Source: Yuukianura sp. NJ FZ-2021
Lineage: Eukaryota
Reading direction: 5' to 3'
DNA length: 64,000 nucleotides
NCBI GenBank assembly: GCA_046563655.1
Contig: CM102285.1
Coordinates: 5,270,001 to 5,334,000, forward strand
Shown here: positions 15,734 to 29,517 of the stretch, one piece after another
How the letters are laid out: every line of letters begins with the position of its first letter
Numbering within the stretch: position 1 is the stretch's first letter
Program-made: the position numbers and the translations under genes
The notes under the pieces: model-generated
Seen by the model: the letters and a program-made list of their open reading frames with translations, nothing else
Databases searched by the model: none
What the model was told of the DNA's origin: nothing

Positions 15734-16103
15734 CCGTATTTTCTCGCTGATAATACGTGTATCATTTGTGATTTTTCGGAAAATTCGGCATGAAGAGAAT
15801 TTTTTTTTTGGAAACCGGTAAGAAAAATTGTTCTTACGAATATAAAAATGTTTTGAAGTTGAAATGTTCAAAAACAAAGCTGAATTACATTCTTTCAAAT
15901 ATTGCCATAATGGCTTAAAAATAGTGATACTGAAAGTTTTCGTAAAGTCATAATATCTATCAGGGTTATGTGAAACATCCAGTGGTATTTACCGCAAAAG
16001 CTTGTGGAATACACAAAGACTTACAAAAATTTGTGACATCCATGTACGGTGTTACGGGAATGTGTATTATACATGAGAGCGAATTATCTGCGAGAAAATA
16101 CGG
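15734..16103. mobile_element. Tc1/mariner-pogo-like MITE
   Basis: TIR CCGTATTTTCTCGC / GCGAGAAAATACGG with TA on both sides. Confidence 0.75.
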
Positions 16104-16305
16104 TAGTTTTTGCATATTTCACTCAAACTGACTCCGAAAGGCGAGAAGATCTAAAATCCTGGCACTGATAAAACTAGAACAATTGCTTCATCACTCAAAT
16201 TCATAATTTCACAACGATTGACACAAGATAGAGCAGGAGCGTCCCTCTTTCTCTTTTATATGCAACTGTCTCATTATTAGTAGGTTATGTTTAAAAGGTT
16301 TTAGT

Positions 16306-17085
16306 GGTTCCAGGTCATAACCGACAATCCAAAAATCGACAATCCAATAATCGACAATCAATAATCGACAATTGCAAAAATCGACAATCCCTTAAGCGAC
16401 AATCCTAAAATCGACAATTTACAAAATCGACAATTTCTAAAATCGACAATTCCAAAATCGACAATTCTAAAATCGACAATGTCAATAATCGACAATCCTA
16501 AAACCGACAATTCCAATATTGATAGAAACCAGACAACAGTCTAACGGAAAAATTTTGCTATCACGGTGCTGAACACGAATATGCAATCAGATTTGTCCAG
16601 TTTCGCCAGACAACATGGTTATGATTTTTTGAAATTTTGAAATTTTCCTAACCCAGACTTATGTAGACAATAAACCCTACAGACGTAACTACTATTGCCT
16701 GCTTTACCAAACCTAACGCCGCGCCTTCGGCGCGGTACCGCATGCTAAGCTAGCCACACTTCATCAGTACTGCCAGTTGTGTCACTATAGCCAAACTTGT
16801 AGAATACAACCTTCAACATACCGCGGACGATGGTAAAATTTTTCCGTTAGATTGCTTTCTGGTTTCTATCAATATTGAAATTGTCGGTTTTAGGATTGTC
16901 GATTCTTGACATTGTCGATTTTAGAATTGTCGATTTTGGAATTGTCGATTTTAAAAATTGTCGATTTTGTAAATTGTCGATTTTAGGATTGTCGCTTAAG
17001 GGATTGTCGATTTTTGGAATTGTCGATTATTGATTGTCGATTATTGGATTGTCGATTTTTGGGTTGTCGGTTATGACCTGCTACG
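16306..17085. mobile_element. Mutator-like foldback element with repeat-built TIRs
   Basis: About 250-bp inverted arms made of AATCGACAAT-type tandem units; 9-bp TSD GGTTTTAGT (16297-16305 and 17086-17094). Confidence 0.85.
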
Positions 17086-18624
17086 GGTTTTAGTTGCCTA
17101 ACTGTTTAGACTTATAAGTATGACAAAACGTTTTGTTTTTTTTTGTTTGATTTTGTGGTTTTTAAAATTTACCGAAGACTTTAGAATAATGATAGCAATT
17201 GATTAGCGAATTCGTCATGCAGGAAAGATAAAATGGTTCCTTTGAGATTTGAATCCTGTGTTACGGAAGAACGATAGTTCAAGTCTCCAGTTTCAGCTGT
17301 TTGGAGGATATTAATTTCAGGTTGACAAACATTGACTTTGACAAAGGCAGAAGACTGATAAAGTGGAGATCGGTTCTTGCAAAAGAACAACGTTTCTGAG
17401 AGTGTGAGATGAGAATGGAGATGATTTGCGCAATGTATGCGTCCGGCAAAACTTTTTTTTTGATTAAGTATTTATTATTGGTCACTCGAGATGAGGTTTT
17501 ATTATGTGGTTAAGAGTCACTTAGACTAAAGATTGAGTCATCTTCCGTCTGATGACGGGGAATACAAACAAAAGTGGGATGAGGAGACAATTGGTCTGGC
17601 TCGTTTTATTTTGTGTACCAGAAACAATTTGATTCTGCTATTTAGGACGGAGATGGGAAATTAATCACTCAATGCCCTTTGACCTTTCCGCGTCTTTTGA
17701 TATACAAGAGAAATCATGCAATGCAGTTTCTTCTCTGGGTTTGGCATTTCAGTCTCCCACAAAAGAGTTCCGGGCAGGGGGAAAAGGTCAACGGAGGCGT
17801 CTAGTTTGTTCATCACAGAATTTGAAACAGAGTCTTCCTGTTGTAAGCTATGGACCATTGTGAATTTCACTTGTATAGCAGTGGAATCAAATAGAGTGGA
17901 GATTTTAAAAATCTAGATGGCAATGATTTAGGTTGACCTTGCAGCAGATCACTTCACTTGAACAATGGGTTATTGGCTAAGGACGAAAGATAAAGTTCCG
18001 ATACGTAATTAGAAATTGGGGATGGAGTGATCATGACCCGATGAGGCAGAGTCCAAGCCCAGGAGTTAAGTGAGCAACGGGATGTGGATCATTTTTTTAC
18101 TGTTTTTAGATGATGATGATGATGAGCACGAAATCATATTCATAACTCTGTTTTGTGGCAGATAGTGTCGTAACATCTCTATACTCTTTGGGAACTGAGA
18201 CAGATCAATGATACAAATTGACAATTGAGAAGATAAACTAATAATTTTATGTGTTTGTTTTTTGGAATAGGATCTGGTGGTCCGCATTTGCTTTTGGCCT
18301 TAAGCTGCCTCTTCATCTCACACTGACCAAAAGATTCTCAAGTACGAACGCAATTTCAGCCGAATCAAGCTCTCACACTCTCAATTAGAAACTCATTGCA
18401 AATCCCTCCCCATCACCTCATTTCATCCGGGGAAAGTGTAATGCTCTTGGACCACTTATAAACCATAACGTTAACGTAACCAGACAAAACTTGGTGGAGG
18501 CTGGATGCGACGACGAAGGAAAACGGGGAACGGGACGAGAAAAGGGAAGAAGCAGGGAGGAGAGCCAATTTGTGGAACCAACATTTCGTCTGAAGAAACT
18601 TGGAAAGTTGGAGACACTGGAAAC

Positions 18625-21600
18625 ATGAGCGTCACAGCCGTGGATGTGGTTGATACGACGACTCACCAACACTTTGGTCATGGTCATCGTCACATCAATT
18701 CCCCACCACCATCACCACCTAAACAAACACTGAAGCCGATGGACCTCGAATTTGTTTCAACTGTTCCGAACAATAAGGCCGTTGGAGCTAGGAAACGCAA
18801 GCCAACGCAGATTTCAAAGGTAATTGCTATTTTAGTGTTTTTAGATCAGTCTTGTTGCTACTAATCTTGCTGGAAGTATTTGGGATTGTTAAGTTGGAAA
18901 ACTGATGCATGTGTGTTGTGGTAAAATCCAAAGTTTTTACTAGCATTTTGAATGAGTGCTTTACTAGGTAGACGCTGTGGAGGCCAAATCCATTGTTATT
19001 TTTGTGGAAGGAAACCTGGGGGGAATTTGAAATTGATTTAAAGTTGTTTTCCTATTGTTGGATTTTTGGCTTTAGCTAGCGGTGCATTTCGAATTCAAAG
19101 ATCAATGCTTTTTGCTTTCCCTACTATTGGATGATTCATCGAAAAGAATTTATTACGGAATCTCCTGCTTCTGATTGCCCCCTTGGTTTTTACCTCTGCT
19201 GTGAGTCGTGGTTTTTGGCAGGTTAAAAAGCGAGGGGATTTTGGACCGGTGTTTGTCGTGCCCGCACACGACACAGTAATTACGTTTTATGGTGAAGGTG
19301 GGAGAGAAAGGGGATGAAGCAGAAGGGAAAGTCACTATGTATTTTTAGCTGTGGAGATCAGTTCCAGTTCGATGACTCAGATTTAGAATACAGGTTCAAA
19401 ATTGGATTATCGGCATTTTTTTTTGCAAGAATTTTGGATTTCGAATACAGTGGAACCTCTCTGCGTAGCTTTTTAGCTCCGCCTCTCCTGACGGCGGGAT
19501 ACTTCGAAACTTAACTTTTGGAGTCTTAATTTAGTACATTATAAAACTTAATTTAGATTTAACTTGCAAACGAAACGAAAACACTTTGGGTAGTGCGGTA
19601 TTATCTCTATCAGTTTTAGAATTTGACGCTGTACGCTAGCCGCCAAAAAAAATTCACACCAACCAATCAAAGCGTGTTGCGCTATGAGAGGTCCTGCTGT
19701 AATCGATTTAAAATTGCATTAGTTCATGTTAATCAGAAGTAACATTAACAAATTGACTAATTAAAGGGATAATGAATCGAATCTATCGTGCCTGAACACT
19801 TTACTTCGCTTAAAATCACGGTTGCTGATTTTTTTTGATTTTTTCAAAAATCATGATTTTTTGATTTATCCAAGATTTTTCTGATTTAAATCAAGCACAT
19901 AATTTCGAATGCCTTAGTCCTAGAAAAACGCAAATTAAGTTCAAGTTTGAATGCAAAAAATTCCTAAATGACAATGCAGCACCTCGCACTTGGAGTTATT
20001 TTGATTATAATGTAAAAATTCACACTTTTGAGCAAATTAAAAACAATAAAGTGCTGAGGTTTTACGAAAAATTGGTGAAATTGGGCGGAAATTTGCTCAA
20101 AACAGGCAGATTTTGCAACATTTTGTGTACTTGATTTAATCAATGATTTTTTTCAAAAAAATCAATTATTGATTTAATCAACTTGATTTAAATCAAAGCC
20201 ACCCTGCTTAAAATTGAGCGTGTGTTGTGTGGATGGATGCTTGGATTGGAATTTGGGATAGTACGCGTGTGTATTGTTTACTTTTAGTGAAAGTACGCTG
20301 TTAACTGAACGACAATAATTTGCGGTTTTATGCTCGACTGGTTTTAAACGTCTTACTTCTATTCTTTACTGCTGTCTTACCTGCGAGCGATTAAACAGCT
20401 CCTCCTTCCTCAAATCTATTTTCTAACTATAATGCTATGAAAATCAGTAGCTTTCACTTTTCTTGTATTTTGGGGATTGTGCAGATTGTGGACAAACCAG
20501 AACCGGATTCCGCTCGCGATGAGAACAAGGACTACTGCGACTCATTTCCGCATAACAACAATAACAATAGTCCGCCCTACAAGAAGGCCCATATTCACAA
20601 GAATGGAATGATTCAAAACATTGTGACGGAGTTGAAGAGTGCTAAGAAAGCGAGTTCATCCCAGTTTCGTCAAACACAGAGTCATGTCAAAGAGGAGCCA
20701 CTCAGCTCTTCTGACGAAGAAACTAATCTTCGAATTGAACTTCAAATGGATGAACAACCGAAACAAAAGCTAACGAATAAGAAAAGAGAGTGGACAGCAG
20801 ACTTGACAAACATTCGAACGCTGTTGTCTTCTCCGAGCAAGCGATCAGAGTCAGATGATGCTGCGGAGGCAGATGAATATGAAGATGACGGAGTAGACAT
20901 GCGGATAAGCAGGGGCGAGGCGGAGGAATCCGAGCATCAGCAACTCCCCTTTCGCTGCGGCGTTTGTCGATTTGGAACTGACGACCGCCGAGCACTTCAT
21001 GGTCACATGAAAACACACAATGGGGAGAGATCCTTTCAGTGCCGCTTGTGTTGCTTCGCTTTCACTACAAAGGTTTTCACAAAATTTATGCTAAAAAAAC
21101 AAAACTTTCCAAAACTTTCCATTTTCGTGCAGGTTTTAGGACAAAATTTGAGGCGAGTTACCAATTTCCACTTACGTTTTTTTTTTCTTTCAGGCCAATT
21201 GTGAGCGTCACTTACGAAATCGCCATGGACAAATTGAGAAAGACCAAATCCGGAATCTTGTCGTCGTTTTTTCGTCCTCTTCTTCAAACAATTCAGACTC
21301 TGAAGCAGAAGATACTGCAGTTCAAAATCAGCGATACAGCCCATCTTCTTCTTCGATCAATAGAAATGCGACATCCGGAGGCTTGCTGTTTCAAACCAGG
21401 GATAAAAGCGATGCTGGAAGTGGACTTTTGAATTTAAGTAATGGAAGGTACGATGATGGTGTTACGCGGGCTTCAAAACTGGAGAAGCTACCCACGCTCG
21501 GAGGAATTCCACTAGTCACGACCGCAGCAGATGAACAACCGCTGGATCTTAGTATGGATGCTGTGGATCTTTCTACTAAAAATCGAAGCGATCCGAATGC

Positions 21601-24600
21601 TGGTGGTCTACGAGGCTCACTTCTGCGCCCACGCGCTATATATCCGACAGCAGAAATACCAAGCCTGCTGGTTACTTCGCCATTTGTAACTAAGAGGGAA
21701 GCTATCGTTCATCCTCAGTTGTCTGTGCCACTCCAGTAAGTTTACAAATTCTAAGAAAAACGTTTTTTTTTTGGTTTACTTATTTTGTTTCTTTTTTTGA
21801 ATCCAAATTGTAGAATGTTGGCAGATGAACAATATAACGGTTTGTTTAATGGTTACAGTCCATTTTCAAACAGTGCCATCCGGGCAGCAGATCTCAATGG
21901 ACCCTGCGCTCCCGTCACCGCTGTCCCACCGCCATTCTCTCTATTTCCATTCGGGGGAAATCCATCCTACAATCCATTCTCATTTCCTACTCCAACCATG
22001 GACAAAGTAGTTCCTGGAATCACCGATGTCACTGCAAACATTCCACCATCAAAAACTACTCCTTCATTTATGGCACCAAGGTAAATGATTTTGAATTACC
22101 TTTGAATAATGTTTGATTAATCCAGTATTATAAAATTGATCTAAAACGCCGCTTTTCTTTCGTAGCCCTCCTACAAGCTTCGAAAGTCGGGAAAGCGTTA
22201 CCGGGAGTTTGGACAAAGAAGCGAAACTAGTGAAGGTGAAAAAAGAATCAAAGCAACCAGCGAATATCGAATCCAGTAGTGCTTCTTCCGTTTCTCCCAC
22301 CACAACGTCCAGGAAGAGACCCGACACTAAAAGCGGAGAATATCAAAAACCCAAGCAACGGCGATACCGAACTGAGCGTCCATTTTCATGTCCTCATTGT
22401 CCTGCTCGGTTTACTTTAAGGTGAGTACTGTTCCTCCCAAGCTATAATGAGACTCTGGAGTTGAGGAATATGGTGTATTTTACGTCCATGAAAAACCAAA
22501 TCGGCGATTTTTTTATTCATGCACTAGTTCAAATTTTTTCACAATTTTGACCGTTTTTTCAAAATTTTAAACTTTTTTCAAAATTTTAAACTTTTTTTCA
22601 AAATTTTGCACTTTTTTTTTTCAAAATTTGGAACTTTTCAAAACCAAGAGAGTGGGAGCAGAGTTAATGATTAAAAAAGTTCAAAGTTTTGAAAAGAAAA
22701 AGTTCAAAATTTTGAAAAAAAGTTGAAAATCTTGAAAGAAGTTCAAAATTTTGAAAAAAGTTCAAAATTTTGAAAAAAGTTTAAAATTTTGAAAAAACTG
22801 CAAAATTTTGAAAACAGTTCAAAATTTTGAGAAAAAACGGTCAAAATTGTGAAAAAATTTGAACTAGTGCATGGATAAATCATGCTTGTTGAAAAAAAAT
22901 GGTTTTTAAAAAAAATCGTCGATTTTGTTTTTCATGGACTTGAAATCCACCATATTCCGCAACTCCAGAGTCTCATTATAGCTTGGGAGGAACAAGCAAA
23001 TGTTAATCCTCGTCGTCAAACACGTTCATTTACTAATCAAGCATTTTGATGAAGGTCTAACATGGAGCGACACGGAAAGCATCAGCATCCAAACGTCTGG
23101 CAAAGAAGTCCGTCCAATCGAGTAATTAATCGACAACAGAAGAACCAGCAGAGTCCTCTTCTCGGTCCGCCCACGATGGTGCACTCTCTCAAACATGCTA
23201 ACAATCCAAGCGGTGTTGAAAGCAAGCCTAAAGGTCGTGGTTCCTCAAGTGGCGTTAATGGCGACGCCCTTAACAATGTAGATGTCAGGGCTGTCATTGC
23301 CCAACAATTGAAGCGGAAGTTGTCTAATTCGGCACTACTCAATGGGACAGTTGGAGCTGACAGTGAGTCTGAGGTCGAACAAAATGGAATCGAGAACGTT
23401 CGAGTGCCAGACTCTTCAGATTTGGCCAGCGTTAGTCAACTTTTGGATCGTGTGAAAAATTCCAACATTGCTCAGTATTTCCATGACCCCGGCACTGCAA
23501 AGTCCGTTTCCAACTCAGACGATAACGAGAATGATGAAGAGGATTTGAGTGGGACTGAGTCTCCGAGCGGATCTTCGGGCGATGAAGAAGAAGAAATCGA
23601 GGACCTGGAAGATGCCAATGACACTGTGAATGTCACCAAATTGAACGAAGGGCGAGAGAAAAAGAAGAGCGCATACTCCTCGGCTCCGCATAAGGTGAGT
23701 GAAGAGTACGGTTCCAATCTTTTCCGTCGGTTCTTCTCGTGATTTTTTTTTTTTTTGGGCTGTATTCAAAACACAGGAATCCGTAATAGTAGTAGTTTAT
23801 TTCTGTTCAAAAAATTATTCTGTTAGCTTTTTTTTTATTTTTAGTTGTTTTTATGTTTAAAAAATTGAATTTATTGCGGTTGTATAATCTAAGCGGAGGT
23901 CGAAGTGTCTTGCTACGAATCGTTTTGCTAATTTTTAGTTCAGCATCGGACAAATATTCTTTGAGCTTAAATCTCATTGAAAGCAATAAGCGGAGGTACT
24001 AATTAATCGAGTCGTTTCCTTAGAATCAATGGTGCTGCAAGTTAACAGAGTCCGATTCCAATTGAGGCGACCGTTTTAACGTTTTAATCCAGCGCCCAGT
24101 GTAGAAATTAGCGATAGATGGGTGCTAAAACAACTCTTAATTTGCATCAGTTTCCTTTTTCCGTTTTTTTTTTCGTGATTCCCTGAAGTGTCTAAACGAA
24201 ATTTACGAGTTATAGGGAATTATGTATTTACAGTATAAACTTAAATAGCAAATATTATAGTGGTAATTGCGTAAGCGTCCTATGATTGTTGTGATTAATT
24301 TAAAAATGAAATTAGTGTAGGAAGGAGCTTTTGGGTACTTTTAAATTCGCTGTTTAATTATTTTTGTTTATTAATTCTAAAATCTTACCTTTAATTTAAG
24401 CTCAGCACACTCATTTCCAGAATCACTTTTATTTTTCATTTCTGTTCAACATGCTTTAGCCGTGATGTCCAACAAAGGATCCACCCGATCCGTCCGCTGA
24501 GACACTAATAAGTTTAATATACCATACACCTTCTTACCGAAAACCTGCAAATAAATTTATTTCACATTACCACTCAAAGTGAAAGCACATTTTGGCCTTT

Positions 24601-27600
24601 ATTTTTTATTATTATTTATTTTATTTGCACAAGCACCAGCAATTCATTCAACCGAATGTGTCCTAATTCGTGTTTCATCCATTTGCATGTCCTGATGCTT
24701 TTTGCATGTTGCATGAATAATTTTTTCTGCCCTGCCTTATCTTTTGCTAAAAGTTTCGCTGTTGCATCACTGCTAAAAATCGAGCCAAGATCCTTCACTT
24801 ATCAACACGAGGAATAATGTTTTTTTACTGAAGTTTAGGAAATTGTTAGTTTTGTTCATGGTTGGTAGAGGATAGGGTTGGTCGCTCCGGAGCCTTTTTG
24901 AAAAAAACTTACTTTTTGAGCTGGCTGACTTCAATCAGCTAACTGCATTTGTTGCTAAGACGATTTCTAATTTTTAATTTCAATGTACAGAGCAAATCTT
25001 GGTAAACATGAATTATGAAATGATATAAGTTGGATCAAACCTAATTCACAGTTGCTTACTAACGAAGTTCTAGCACTACCGTGTTGTTCAGCGAAAAGTA
25101 GACACCAACAAACTCAAAAGTTTGTTTATTTTCAAAATTCTGGGGGGTTATGCGTACCAAATTTTAAAAAAAATACCCTGCGCAATATAAATTCGTTTAA
25201 ACGTGTCGTTTGTTGGCCTCAATCTCCTCCAGAAATCGCAAATTTTAGAAAAAATGCCATGGACACAATTTTGGGGTGTCTACGTTTCGCCGAACAACAC
25301 GGTATATTGCACTATATAGTGTATTTTCAGTTTTCAAAATATTGTTCAAACAGTAATTTTTAATTATAGCAAATTAATCCTCAAGAACTTGAAGAAACGC
25401 ACTGTACTAAAAATTAATTTATTTGAAATTGTTTCCACAAACAAAGCTGGTTGAAAAAATTCAACCAGCTCAAAAAGTTTATTTTTTTGAAAAAGGCTCC
25501 GGAACGACTAACCCTATCCTCCACTAACCCTGGTTTTGTTACTGTGGAAGAAAGTCTTTTCTAGTGGCGGAGATTTGCTGATAAATTTTTCCTGTGGAGA
25601 AATTCCTAATCCAGAAAATTTTGACATCCAATTCCGAATTCAAAAAATTTTAGCGACCAATTTTTAAGGATTTGTGGCTGCCAATTCCTACACTACGAAT
25701 TGGCTGCCATTAATAGTGGCATTAGGAACGAAACGTCACTATTTTCTGCATTAGGAATTTTACGTCACGTCATGATTTTTTCCATTTAACAGTTTCCCAT
25801 AAAGTGGAGAAAGTCCTGATGCCTATCAGCATAAATCTCACTCCATACCTATATTCTTTTCATTTTTGAACTTGCGAAGGAAGCAAAACTAAGCTAGTTG
25901 ACTAATAACATTTCAAAACAGCTCCAGCAGCTCACACTGAAGGTTCGCAATCGCAAGTTCTATTTGTTTTCTGAAAAGCTTTCTCTCTCGTTTGGAAACG
26001 TCTAATCACGCGATTGTGCGACTAATTTTCTTTTGTCCATCTCCCTTATCAGTCTCTGCGTTTAATGGATTTGTATCTCTTGAAAGCTCGTGCGCAGGGT
26101 CCTTAAAACTGCCAAAGTGAAAGTGAGACATGACAGCATCTCTTTGTTATACGAGAATCTTTTATTTAGATTCGAATTTTCTCCACTTGCTTGGGGACTT
26201 AACTTGGAAAAGGTTCCATTTGCATGGAGACTCAATTTCTAGCGAGCATGCAACCCTAAGTCCTGGTGCTGGAAAGTGTGTGGGAGAAAGTCTAAAGTAG
26301 AGTTGCTGCATGTTTTTGTACCTACTCTAGATTTCGTGTCCGCATTGTACGAGACGATTTCCCTGGACTTCATCTCTCCGGAGGCATTTGCTGACACACA
26401 CGGGACAGAAGCCATACCAATGCCCAAAATGTCCACTACTGTTTACTACAAAGTCCAATTGTGACAGGCACCTAGCTCGGAAGCACAGTGGGAAAGGGAA
26501 GTGCTCAGGTTATAACACGACGGAGGACGATGATGATGACGAGGAAGGGCGAATTCTGGAAGAAGAAAGTACGGAACCCGGAAAAGAGCACAACGAACCG
26601 GAAGTGATGGCTGAAGAGGTCAACGAACCTGTTGTGGTTTCTGTAACTCCGCAGAGGCCCAACGTGCCTGCGAAACCTCTATCCAATTCCAGCCCAGGGG
26701 AAGATGTGTCGTTCAGGTCCGTAAATCTAAAAATCAAAACTAGTAATGACAAAAAATATTAGGCTAGCTCTAATGGTCCTATGTAGTAATGCTAAAAATG
26801 TGAGGAGTTCAAACATAAGAAAACCAAGCTTATAATTGAACCTAACCTAATATTTATAATGGTTAACATTTTCACTCTTTCGCCTTAATTATTTTGATCA
26901 TTTCACGTGATTGGTCCGCATAGGAGCGATTATTTTCGACTGGAATTTTTGAATTTCAAAGTTATGAAACTTTGAGAATTTTTTTGACATAAGAATACGA
27001 CAGCAACTTACACTCTTCTGTTATTTCACAAAAAGAATTGTTTTGCAGTAGTTTCGGTTGTCAACGCCAAGAAAAAAATCCACCATACAGAACTCGAACC
27101 CCCGTCCGGCTCCAGAAGAAAAGGAAATACGATACTTTCCCAACAAAACGTATGTGCAACTTACAAATTGTCTGATGACGGTTCCGAATTTGTTCCCTAT
27201 TCGAAAATTTGACTTTTTTTCGTTCCTCAGTCGCCGGAATGCGGGTTTGAGCTTAGAAACAGCAGATCTTTTGGTTCCACCCCATTTTATTAATTGAATT
27301 GTGTCGGCGACAATTATGTCCACCTAACCTAAACTTTTTTTATCGTTGGCAACCTAAACTACTGCCAAATGTTTTTTTTACATACATAAAAGAATACCAG
27401 TGTAACTTTGAATTTCAAAAATTCCAGATCACATCAAATGGGTTCCCTGGTTAGATTGAGTCAGTTTAGTTAAAATAAAAAAGAAATCATTTTATTCTAT
27501 CAAATTGTGACGCAATCAGCTTCATTTGCCTTTCGTCAATTATAGGTGTCATCTTTGCGAAGCTGCTGCCAGCGAACGCGAAGTTTTACTTGCGCATATG

Positions 27601-28255
27601 GAAGAGGATCATAAGGAAACTTACAGTTTGCTAGTCTCCAAGGGAGCCCTTACGTCGTCCCCGCCAAGTGAAGCCAGTGAGGCGGAGCCTGCGCCGAGTG
27701 ATCCAAAGGAAGCCATTCACCGAAAGGTAAAATTCAACTCCTGTTTGGTAAAATTCATACAACCTAAGCTGATTATCATCAAAATGATTGAATTCCAGGC
27801 AACGTCATTGAATTGAATTATAAGTTTGAACTGTTTACTTGCAGGTTATGTGCGTCTTCTGTGTGAGAAGATTCTGGTCAGTGGAAGACTTGCGCCGTCA
27901 CATCCGGAGTCATAGTGGCGAACGACCTTTCTCCTGCACGCACTGTTCCAGACGCTTTACCCTCAAGCATTCCATGCTTCGTCACCTCAAGAAACACGTC
28001 GTGGATGGTGCTGGTGCGCAGACGCCGAAGTGCCGTCGCTTCCCAGTGCTTAAAAAACCCCAGAATGGAACATCGTCGAAGTCAGATCCACATGAACCAG
28101 AAATTGAAGAAACGAACCTCATCGGTCGACTTCTCGGAATTCAGGACGAAGGCCTTGTCGAAAAGCTTCTCAACAAACCAGATGCCAAGGACGCAGCCAA
28201 GATTCTCGGTCTGCGCGTCGGTTTATCGCGGCAAAATGCTTCGCTAAACAACTAA
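18625..28255 (+). CDS. peb: Pebbled/hindsight (RREB1 family) C2H2 zinc-finger transcription factor; 9 coding exons: 18625-18819, 20485-21072, 21194-21735, 21814-22080, 22166-22420, 23055-23694, 26331-26716, 27546-27726, 27845-28255; about 1154 aa
   Basis: All introns are GT-AG and phase-compatible, and the spliced CDS is 3465 nt. Family-typical motifs: [22 protein letters not shown] (CtBP-binding), [81 protein letters not shown] and C-terminal LIGRLLGI...AAKILG. The first coding exon and start codon are the least certain part. Confidence 0.92.
19448..19699. mobile_element. pogo/Tigger-like MITE in peb intron 1
   Basis: TA|CAGTGGAACCTCTC ... GAGAGGTCCTGCTG|TA imperfect TIR with TA flanks. Confidence 0.65.
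19817..20206. mobile_element. hAT-like MITE in peb intron 1
   Basis: Termini CACGGTTGC / GCCACCCTG, internal GATTTAAATCA repeats, 8-bp TSD CTTAAAAT. Confidence 0.75.
22429..22994. mobile_element. Palindromic MITE filling peb intron 5
   Basis: TIR TGTTCCTCCCAAGCTATAATGAGACTCTGGAGTTG at both ends, long inverted arms, internal AAAATTTTGAACTTTTTT-type repeats. TSD not cleanly resolved. Confidence 0.8.
24857..25532. mobile_element. hAT-like MITE in peb intron 6
   Basis: TIR CATGGTTGGTAGAGGATAGGGTT / AACCCTATCCTCCACTAACCCTG extending about 70 bp; 8-bp TSD GTTTTGTT. Confidence 0.85.
26940..27427. mobile_element. Probable MITE in peb intron 7
   Basis: About 25-bp inverted repeat CTGGAATTTTTGAA(T/A)TTCAAAGTTA at both ends; no clear TSD. 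Confidence 0.5.
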
Positions 28256-29352
28256 CTAAACCAATTAAAAGAAATTCAGCGGGCTCGTTATCAAGGCTCA
28301 GATATTTTCAAGTCAACTACATCAGCGCGTAAATGAAATAACTTTGAAACCGTTAGCACCTAAGGCCTTCGGCTAGGAAACTAAGATTCTATCATTTCAT
28401 CATTTTTTTGGCATACTGCAAACTGCAACTCAAAAAATAACCTTACTGAGGGAACTGCTGAGCTGAAGTAGAAAATGTTAATTTATTCCAAAAGTTATTC
28501 AACTCAGGATACAAACGCTCCTGAAAACCAAATTAACTAAACTTAATAACTAAAGTTAAATAGTTATTAGCTATGTTCAATGTTAGTCATTCACCTGCAA
28601 ACATATCCTTCATGTTCAGTAAAGTTTACAATGCACTTTAAATGTAACTACTATATTCAGCTTATTGTAATACCAAATTTCCTACATATAGTTTAAACTT
28701 CTAATCATTTTTAATTCGTATGTCAGTAGCATAGAGTCATTTATTTTTTAATACTTACCTAAATTCTTGTTAGCGTCAACTCAGTTTCCCGAAAGTTTGC
28801 AAACCTACCGCAAACATTACGTTTGCCGTATGTTTACAAAACGATTGAATTATATTCGGCTTAGCAGGGGACTTGTGTTTTATGATAATGTTGCTATGAA
28901 ACACGAGAAATGTATTGAACTAGGAATTCACCTATTCCGAAGCAACTAGTCGAGTTTTGTTGTATTGGTTAGTTTACAAATGTTATTTGTGATGTAAAGA
29001 AATGAACCTTGAATAGTTCCCGCTCAAGTGTAGTTCAAACGCTTCTTAGTTGAGAGTAGCTGCAGTGTTACAAGCGTAGCTTTTGGTCAAACTGTCATAG
29101 TATCTATACTTAGAAATTACATTCTACAATGAAACTAATTCACCACAATTGCCTCAAAATCGTAAATAGGCCATCTCCTTCTTTCTCTGTGCAATATTTT
29201 ACTGGGAAACCTAAAAAATATTTGCCAAGAGAGGATATGATGGAAGAATGGTCCTAACTGTAAACCTGGTGTTGCAAAACTTGAACCCGTCCATTAGCTG
29301 TAACGTACATACAGTATAGACTCCAAAAAATGTTGTTAATGAGTTTACAGTA

Positions 29353-29450
29353 AATAAAATTGTTAGAATCTTGGAGTTGTAGTCAATCATATTGCAGTTT
29401 AAGCTTTAACCTTAGATGGAATTGTTTTAAACTAAATTTCCAGAAATAAA
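29353..29450 (+). terminator. Candidate polyadenylation signals of peb
   Basis: AATAAA at 29353-29358 and 29445-29450, about 1.1 kb after the stop and just before the repeat-dense region. Confidence 0.35.
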
Positions 29451-29517
29451 GCAAATTTCGATGAGTAACTTCAGTCATTTGTCAACACTATACCTACATC
29501 GCCTTCGCAATTCGCCA

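Noticed and set aside
16320..17070. AATCGACAAT array as a CRISPR or iteron origin
   Set aside because: Explained by the arms of a foldback transposon with a 9-bp TSD.
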